This document shows, in pieces, positions 8,801-13,191 of a stretch of 32,000 nucleotides of DNA. A program made the translations under genes and the position numbers. The stretch's first letter is position 1; the number at the start of each line of letters is the position of its first letter. Source of the stretch: Archaeoglobus fulgidus DSM 4304 (GTDB lineage: Archaea > Halobacteriota > Archaeoglobi > Archaeoglobales > Archaeoglobaceae). Under the pieces are notes generated by a model. That model saw only the letters and a program-made list of their open reading frames with translations. It was not told the origin of the DNA and ran no database searches. The stretch lies in NCBI RefSeq assembly GCF_000008665.1, contig NC_000917.1:1740001-1772000 (forward strand), read 5' to 3'.

Positions 8801-9081
8801 CAAAGCTGAGTGAGTTCCAGCTTGACTTCGAGCAGGGAGATGCGCTGCAATGCGGTGATTTGAATGGCGACGGCGTTGATGAGATTGTGCATGGAGACAG
8901 GGACGACTGGGTGAGGGTTTACAACATGCACGGTGCATTGCTGGGTGAGATGCGCTTTAACTTTGAATTCGGGGATGGGTTTGCTGTGGCTGATTTCAAC
9001 GGAGATGGTAAGGATGATATCATTCACGGAGACAGGGGAGATTCCTTCCACGTTGTAAAGGGAGAGAGGTGGTTTGAATGA
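5815..9081 (+). CDS. Secreted modular cysteine protease. Domain order: signal peptide, N-terminal sandwich, 2 Cys-rich modules, 3 CARDB-type domains, Cys linker, papain-like (C1) peptidase domain, 6 FG-GAP/VCBS-type repeats
   Basis: ATG 5815 sits behind a GGTGG SD (the track start TTG 5812 is one codon upstream). MKNLLKALVICTLIFASVASASA is the signal peptide. Numbering from 5812: sandwich aa 26-145; Cys modules aa 147-231; CARDB-type units aa 236-345, 350-453 and 460-562 (..ESTESNNEVEV, ..LDEGNNAFSV, ..EEREDNNCAS); linker CSDGVQNGDEEGIDCGGSCLPC. The C1 domain reads LPSRFDWRD..RDQGSCGSCWAHSAV (Gln 7648..7650, Cys 7666..7668)..NWEHALLLVGYD (His 8056..8058)..WILKNSWG (Asn 8140..8142). Six ~45-aa Ca-binding-type repeats follow. 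Confidence 0.9.
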   Translation: MKNLLKALVICTLIFASVASASASPVCQQEREEIWNSLQLYGFLVESNQPVKVGDTVTYKFNLRNTGKEPVTIGFGGAYLKSSDGQIYRFHAKEVIEPSGALTVSSTFVAENTGQLSVSPGACISTSKGDICHDFSSCTFDVFFECPAGWSCMAAEEASGSYVRYSEEVCGYSVSGLAAMVKTPKYCFREVQSCPEGCECLTKSEAEKLKMDPCGKIFCGYENGQEKYCYRRGAPDFEVLSVEVERSEDCERLDYRESPVTFKVRNSGDGASPTAEGELYIDGTLLQTFSIPPLQPGEEELFSFNFQVLCSREKDTIRVVADSQNTVLESTESNNEVEVELSCLPSSEGADLTVVRVWNESYNNELRVYYEIKNTGYGYACSSQAGLFVDGELFAVDDVGPLSPKESREEAFYRRYSIESCTGNVFEVVADVDDSVLELDEGNNAFSVVWLCRDFVQQKPDLQVGAVWTEGTGNSDLTLHIPLQNFGKAESPQTEVVVYENGQQVATLQVSSISPGGIETYRLLHWSPQSSSTTITVCIDVQNDVDEEREDNNCASRILTFTSTCSDGVQNGDEEGIDCGGSCLPCNRCDMASLPSRFDWRDYTGLSAVRDQGSCGSCWAHSAVAALESALIVESGASSSIDLSEQHLLSCEQDCEVGIGDWCWASSGDCDGGWPHKALNFIINNGVPDESCFPYTATNGNCGSKCGDWEDRTEGAVYRGKVSSNVEALKRALICHGPLSVASENWEHALLLVGYDDLSTICTQKYGKSGCWILKNSWGVFSGFSHDVWHEYGYAYIPYSGFKYSDIKNGAYYVIPSDYTLHADFEMMDGLAAGDLDGDGMAEIVHADRGDLLQIFNLGGLQSSEQMDFEEGDRIATGDVDGDGRMDVIHADRGDEVSIHFQPPVGVVSSFYLDFEEGDDIAAGDVNGDGVDEIVHADRGDLISVLGASGNQVASFQLNFEEGDRICVGDVNGDGKDEIVHGDRGDWVRVYDMYGTKLSEFQLDFEQGDALQCGDLNGDGVDEIVHGDRDDWVRVYNMHGALLGEMRFNFEFGDGFAVADFNGDGKDDIIHGDRGDSFHVVKGERWFE
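8287..9078 (+). repeat. Six tandem ~45-codon FG-GAP/VCBS-type repeats (coding)
   Basis: [FL]-x-F-E-x-G-D-x-x-x-x-G-D-[VLF]-[DN]-G-D-G-x-[DA]-[ED]-I-[VI]-H-[AG]-D-R-[GD]-D recurs with the G-D start at aa 835, 879, 925, 970, 1015 and 1060 (spacing 44-46 aa, about 135 nt). This periodicity also creates the long antisense shadow ORF 8119..9051. Confidence 0.85.
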
Positions 9082-9716
9082 GGAGGGTTTTGCTCTGCTT
9101 TCTCACTCTAATCCTGCTGCTCCCAGCAGCCTCAGCCCTCAGAAATCCCTCTGCAGTCTACTGTGAGGCCATGGGCTATAATTACGTAATCTTCTCCTCC
9201 CCCTACGGTGACGTTGGCAAATGCGTCCTGCCCAACGGTGAAGCTGTGAATGCGTGGGACTTCTACAGGGGAGTGGTTGCGCTGGAATACAGCTACTGTG
9301 CAAAGCAGGGCTACGAGGCGAAGCATGTGGAGAGAGAGGACTGCAAGAGCTGCCTTGTTTGTGTTTTGCCAGACGGAAGGGAGGTGGAGGTTGCTGAGCT
9401 CATGGGCCTGAGCTTTGAGGAGACAACGTGTGGGGATGGAGTTTGCGGGATTCCTGAAAATTACTCATCCTGCCCTCAGGATTGCAGTTCCGGGGAGGAG
9501 GATGGATACTGTGATGCAGTAAAGGATGGTATTTGCGACCCTGACTGCACGAAGGGTGAAGATGCTGACTGTGCTGAGAATTTAGAGGGGGGTGCAACAA
9601 CAGTTACAGCCACCACAATTACTCCAAGCGAGGTGAAGAGAACTCCGGGGTTTGAGGCGCTGGAAGTGCTTGCAGCTTTAGCCTTGGTTCTTGCAGTGAG
9701 CAGAAGAAGGATTTAA
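9078..9716 (+). CDS. Secreted DUF333-like / Cys-rich protein with PGF-CTERM anchor signal, small partner of cassette 2
   Basis: ATG 9078 overlaps the upstream TGA (ATGA, 9078..9081), with a GAGGTGG SD 5 nt upstream. MRRVLLCFLTLILLLPAASA is the signal peptide. NPSAVYCEAMGYNYV..GKCVLPNGEAVNAWDFYRG fits the DUF333 pattern and is followed by a second, degenerate half (YCAKQGYEAK..CLVCVLPDGREVEVAELMG). Next come a Cys-rich segment (CGDGVCGIPENYSSCPQDCSS..YCDAVKDGICDPDCTKGEDADC) and a Thr-rich linker. The C-terminal TPGFEALEVLAALALVLAVSRRRI is a PGF motif (9645..9653) plus hydrophobic helix plus basic tail. Confidence 0.85.
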   Translation: MRRVLLCFLTLILLLPAASALRNPSAVYCEAMGYNYVIFSSPYGDVGKCVLPNGEAVNAWDFYRGVVALEYSYCAKQGYEAKHVEREDCKSCLVCVLPDGREVEVAELMGLSFEETTCGDGVCGIPENYSSCPQDCSSGEEDGYCDAVKDGICDPDCTKGEDADCAENLEGGATTVTATTITPSEVKRTPGFEALEVLAALALVLAVSRRRI

Positions 9717-9717
9717 C

Positions 9718-9729
9718 TTTTCATTTTTT
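9718..9729 (+). terminator. Oligo-T tract after cassette 2
   Basis: TTTTCATTTTTT begins 1 nt after the TAA at 9714..9716. Confidence 0.4.
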
Positions 9730-9839
9730 AAAATCAGTGGACTTTTAACAAGTTCACACGTTCCGAAGTTCGAAAATCATACTTTAGACTTCCCTAAACC
9801 TCCAATTTTCCATTAAAAGCCCACAAAACTTTTCGAAAC

Positions 9840-9849
9840 CTATTTAAAG
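9840..9849 (+). promoter_or_regulatory. TATA-like box for island cassette 3 (leaderless-type spacing)
   Basis: CTATTTAAAG ends about 20 nt upstream of ATG 9869. No SD is visible, consistent with a leaderless or near-leaderless transcript. Confidence 0.45.
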
Positions 9850-9868
9850 AAAAAGTTAAAAATTTTTC

Positions 9869-12319
9869 ATGCGAATTGGTGTTCTTGTAGCGGGCCTTTT
9901 TGGAGTCCTGCTTCTTGCTGCAATGGTGCAGGCCCAGTGCCCTGAGGGCTGCGCCTGCCTTGACAAGGCGACAGCTGAAAAGTACGGGCTGAGCAAGCTC
10001 TGCTCGGATAAGCCATGCGGTGAAACAACCAAGGGGGAGCCCAAATACTGCTTCCAGACCTACACCTGTCCCGATAACTGCTATTGCCTGACCGAAGAGG
10101 AGGCGAAGGCTGAGGGATTGACCACGTGCGGAGACCAGATGATGGTTTGCGGGGAAAAGGAAGGGAAGCTCCTTTACTGCTTCTCCAAACCTGTCTGTCC
10201 TGAGGGATGCGTTTGTTTAACCAAGGAGGATGCGGAGAAGAAGGGATACACGGAGCTTTGCAGCGATGATGTTTGCGACTACACCATCTCACAAACCCCG
10301 ACAGCAGTGGTAAAGGTTCCGATGTACTGCTGGAAGGCTGTTCCTACAACAACCACCACTACCACCACAACCACTCCAGCAACCTGCCCTGACAACTGCA
10401 ACTGCCTGACAGAGGAGGAGGCGAAGGAAAAGTTTACCTGCCCAACTCTTTGTGGCGATGCGATTTGCGGTTACGATGAGAAAACTCCGAAGTACTGCTT
10501 CAGGGACAACTGCACTGCAAATGTTTCCTGCCCCTTCGGATGCGAGTGCCTGACGGATGAGGAGGCAAAAGAAAAGGGCTACACAGAGCCCTGCGGAGAT
10601 TATGAGTGCGGTCTCATCGGGGATAATGTGGTAAAGCACTGCTATAAGAAGCCCTACGAGTGCCCTGAGGGCTGCAAGTGCCTCACTGACGAGGAGGTAA
10701 GGAAATATCTGGAGGAGGGGTATGTAGTTGAAAAGTGCGGCGAGGAAAAGTGCAGCGAAAAGGGAATGTGCTACAAAATCTCCTCCCCCACCTGCCCTGC
10801 TGGCTGCGAATGCCTGAGCGATGAGGAGGTGAAGAAGTACGAGTCCTCTGGTATAAAGCTCGAGCGCTGCACTTCCCAGCCATGCGGTGATGGCAAGTAC
10901 TGCTACAGGAAGGTTGAGGAAATCTGCCCAGCTGGATGTGAGTGCCTCTCCAAGGAGGAGGGGTATGCAAAGGGCATGGAGTTCTGTCAGGACTCTGCAG
11001 GAAACCTGATAAGGTGTGGTGTAATCGATGCTGAGCATGGAGTTTACAAGTACTGCTTCAGAGAGGCCGAAAAGTGTCACTTTGACAGAGCAAAATCTGT
11101 CTGCACGGGCTACTGCGAGAGTGGAGAGTGCGAGTTCTCGGCAGATTACCAGCTTTGCGTCGAAGATTGCAAGATGAAGTACGAGGAGTGCCTGAAGGGC
11201 GACGTTCCTGAGGAGGAGTGCAAGAAAGTCTATGAAGAGTGCTGGAGTGGCTGCAAACCATCCTGTGAGTGTAAGCCCATAACCTGCCCTGCAGGCTGCG
11301 AATGTCTCAACGAGGAGACGGTTAAGAAGTACCAGTCTGCAGGCTACACAGTTGAGCGCTGTGCTGCCGAAACCTGCCTTGCTGGAAACTACTGCTACAG
11401 AGTCACGCCTCAAAAGTGCCACTTTGACTACGAGAAGGAGCAGTGCGTTGGCGGTTGCGACGTCGGGCAGTGCAATCTAAACACCATTGTAAGAGACCCG
11501 AAGACGGGCAAGGTGGTTTACGGAGAGTGCGCCTGCAAGCCCGTGAACATCTGCCCAGCAGGATGCGAGTGTATGCCGAAAGAAAAGGCAGAGGAGGTAT
11601 TCAGCAACCCACAAGCATGCAATCCAAATCCGTGTGCCGTTGAGAAGGTGAAAGACGAGAGAACAGGAGAGGAATGGGAGGTTTACTCCTACTGCTTCAG
11701 GGAAGGTGAGCAGGCCTGCCACTACGACAGGGAGAGCGGAAAGTGTGTTGGAGGATGCGAGAGGGGAGAGTGCACACTGATGAGAGACTCCTACGGAAAT
11801 CCCTTCTGCAGCTGTCTTACCAAGATAACCCAGACAGTCCTCGAAACCAGCGTTGTTGAAAGAGCTTTACCACCCGAAGCTTCCCCGCTGACCTGCATTC
11901 CAGTCAAGCTCTACGTGAAACCAGCTTCGGGAGTTACGGGGATGATAATAACTGAAAACTACCCACAACAGTTCAGATTCGCATCACCATCCATCGCACC
12001 ATCCTCATACGGAAATGGAACGGCGAAGTGGCTGCTTATGGACAAGAACGGGCTGAAAGAGCAGGAGATTGAGTATAAGCTTTGCCTGCCAAGAAATGCG
12101 GCTGGAGAGTACTACTTCAACGGCATCTGGGAGACTGACACCAATGCGGGAACCATTGTGGGGGATACCAGCATAAAAGTCATGCCATCCAGGACGAACT
12201 GGCCGCCGTGTCCTGTTACCGACAGCATGCTGCTCAACTACATCACCCAGTGGTCTGAGGGCAAGCTCTCCGACCTTGAGCTTCTGCAGGTTGTTGAAGT
12301 GTGGGATAAGGGGTGCTGA
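9869..12319 (+). CDS. Secreted cysteine-rich repeat protein (816 aa): 10 CPxGCxC modules, 3 CHxD modules, poly-Thr linker, C-terminal beta-sandwich-like domain and tandem LLxxIxxW helices
   Basis: MRIGVLVAGLFGVLLLAAMVQA is the signal peptide, and the mature protein starts QCPEGCACL... CPxxCxC modules start at aa 24, 67, 110, 173, 221, 265, 309, 353, 473 and 562; CH[FY]D modules start at aa 403, 517 and 617. By hand count there are 90 Cys. A run of ten Thr lies at 10346..10375. The C-terminal ~140 aa (..GMIITENYPQQFRFASPS..GTAKWLL..EIEYKL..GEYYFNGIW..GDTSIKV) resembles the product of 12322..12810. The protein ends ..VTDSMLLNYITQWSEGKLSDLELLQVVEVWDKGC. Confidence 0.9.
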   Translation: MRIGVLVAGLFGVLLLAAMVQAQCPEGCACLDKATAEKYGLSKLCSDKPCGETTKGEPKYCFQTYTCPDNCYCLTEEEAKAEGLTTCGDQMMVCGEKEGKLLYCFSKPVCPEGCVCLTKEDAEKKGYTELCSDDVCDYTISQTPTAVVKVPMYCWKAVPTTTTTTTTTTPATCPDNCNCLTEEEAKEKFTCPTLCGDAICGYDEKTPKYCFRDNCTANVSCPFGCECLTDEEAKEKGYTEPCGDYECGLIGDNVVKHCYKKPYECPEGCKCLTDEEVRKYLEEGYVVEKCGEEKCSEKGMCYKISSPTCPAGCECLSDEEVKKYESSGIKLERCTSQPCGDGKYCYRKVEEICPAGCECLSKEEGYAKGMEFCQDSAGNLIRCGVIDAEHGVYKYCFREAEKCHFDRAKSVCTGYCESGECEFSADYQLCVEDCKMKYEECLKGDVPEEECKKVYEECWSGCKPSCECKPITCPAGCECLNEETVKKYQSAGYTVERCAAETCLAGNYCYRVTPQKCHFDYEKEQCVGGCDVGQCNLNTIVRDPKTGKVVYGECACKPVNICPAGCECMPKEKAEEVFSNPQACNPNPCAVEKVKDERTGEEWEVYSYCFREGEQACHYDRESGKCVGGCERGECTLMRDSYGNPFCSCLTKITQTVLETSVVERALPPEASPLTCIPVKLYVKPASGVTGMIITENYPQQFRFASPSIAPSSYGNGTAKWLLMDKNGLKEQEIEYKLCLPRNAAGEYYFNGIWETDTNAGTIVGDTSIKVMPSRTNWPPCPVTDSMLLNYITQWSEGKLSDLELLQVVEVWDKGC
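9938..11815 (+). repeat. Array of Cys-rich coding modules (10 x ~43-aa CPxGCxC type, 3 x CHxD type)
   Basis: Each module opens with recurrent DNA of the type TGCCC[TA]G[AC]NGG[CA]TG[CT]GA[GA]TG[CT]CT (for example at 9938, 10661, 10793, 10925, 11285, 11552). The divergent intervening sequence shows old, diverged duplications rather than recent ones. Confidence 0.85.
10346..10375 (+). repeat. Poly-threonine linker (10 consecutive Thr codons, mixed ACA/ACC/ACT)
   Basis: ACA ACA ACC ACC ACT ACC ACC ACA ACC ACT lies between module 3 and module 4. It is a likely flexible, possibly O-glycosylated spacer (inference). Confidence 0.8.
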
Positions 12320-12321
12320 GG

Positions 12322-12810
12322 ATGAGAGCTTTGTGGTTGGCATTGGTGCTGCTGATTCTTTCAATCCCCGCCGTTTCAGCTCAGATCACGGTTACAAGAG
12401 ATTTGCCAGATTCGGCTAAGGTTGGAGACGAAATCACCGTCACTCTTGCCCTTACTATTGGCAGCGAGAAGCCGGCAGGAGCAATAATTGAAGAGAGCAT
12501 TCCCGATGGTGCAAGCTACATCTCAAGCAGTCCTGAAGCGACAGTGAGTGAGGGGAAGCTGAAGTGGGCTTTTTATGGTGAGCAGCTAAAGGACATGACT
12601 TTGCAGTACACCGTTAAGGTCGAGAAGGCTGGAAAGCTGGAATTCAGCGGCACGGTAAAGACCCTGCTCGGAAACGAGAACATAGGTGGTGACAGCGAGC
12701 TTGAAGTTTCTGAGAAGTCCGCAGAGCAACCCAAGGGTACGCCCGGATTTGAGGCATTCGTAGCTGTGGCTGTAATAGGCTCAATAGCTCTGTTGAGAAG
12801 GAAACATTAA
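12322..12810 (+). CDS. Secreted beta-sandwich protein with PGF-CTERM anchor signal, small partner of cassette 3
   Basis: ATG 12322 lies 2 nt after the upstream TGA; the alternative GTG 12313 overlaps it by 7 nt. MRALWLALVLLILSIPAVSA is the signal peptide. The sandwich-like body reads ITVTRDLPDSAKVGDEITVTLAL..GAIIEESIPDGASYISSSP..GKLKWAF..LQYTVKVEKAGKLEFSGTV. The C-terminal GTPGFEAFVAVAVIGSIALLRRKH is a PGF motif (12742..12750) plus helix plus basic tail. Confidence 0.85.
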   Translation: MRALWLALVLLILSIPAVSAQITVTRDLPDSAKVGDEITVTLALTIGSEKPAGAIIEESIPDGASYISSSPEATVSEGKLKWAFYGEQLKDMTLQYTVKVEKAGKLEFSGTVKTLLGNENIGGDSELEVSEKSAEQPKGTPGFEAFVAVAVIGSIALLRRKH

Positions 12811-12822
12811 ATTCTATTTTTT
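12811..12822 (+). terminator. Oligo-T tract after cassette 3
   Basis: ATTCTATTTTTT directly after the TAA at 12808..12810. Confidence 0.4.
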
Positions 12823-12864
12823 ACAACACAAAAACCTATTTTTACCACCCGGCCAATTTAAGGC

Positions 12865-13191
12865 ATGGAACTGCAGTTCGACGAGAAGGGCCTAATCCCC
12901 GTCATCACTCAGGATGTTAAAACGAAGGAGGTTTTGATGTTAGCCTACGCCAATGAAGAAGCCATTAAGCTCACCCTCAAAACAGGTTTCGCTCACTACT
13001 GGAGCAGGAGCAGAAAGAAGCTCTGGAAAAAGGGAGAAACTTCAGGAAATGTCCAGAGAGTGGTTGAAATCAGATACGACTGTGATTGTGATGCTCTGCT
13101 TTATTTGGTAGAGCAGAAGGGTAATGCCTGCCATACGGGCAATTACTCATGCTTCTACAGGAGGTTGGAAGGAGATGAAGTACGTTGTTGA
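12865..13191 (+). CDS. hisI: Phosphoribosyl-AMP cyclohydrolase (monofunctional HisI)
   Basis: [98 protein letters not shown] carries the PRA-CH signature (SRSR..LW.KGE.SG..Q....I..DCD.D.LL..V.Q.G.ACHTG..SCF). Confidence 0.93.
   Translation: MELQFDEKGLIPVITQDVKTKEVLMLAYANEEAIKLTLKTGFAHYWSRSRKKLWKKGETSGNVQRVVEIRYDCDCDALLYLVEQKGNACHTGNYSCFYRRLEGDEVRC

Noticed and set aside
8119-9051. 310-aa minus-strand ORF
   Set aside because: It is antisense to the FG-GAP repeat region of 5815..9081. The sense frame carries clear family motifs. The antisense product is a periodic low-complexity echo (..HNLINA..VNPHPV..) created by the repeat structure.
8287-9078. Dockerin-type Ca-binding repeats, or RGD tripeptides acting as integrin-ligand motifs
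   Set aside because: Six ~45-aa units with intervening strand segments fit FG-GAP/VCBS propeller blades, not the paired ~22-aa dockerin duplication. RGD inside HxDRGD is part of the repeat consensus, and there is no reason to invoke eukaryotic integrin binding.
10289-11422. 377-aa minus-strand ORF
   Set aside because: It is antisense to the Cys-module array. It stays open only because the sense codons (GAG/GAA/AAG/TGC-rich) avoid antisense stops. There is no start context, and the product is Leu/Ala/Arg-rich without motifs.
13124-13174. Longer N-terminal extensions offered by the ORF track (13124, 21917, 24507, 26051, 27841, 30351, 4956, 1668)
   Set aside because: Each extension overlaps the neighbouring gene or promoter and encodes non-conserved-looking residues. 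Each is followed by an internal ATG with an SD or TATA at proper spacing, where the family-typical N-terminus begins.
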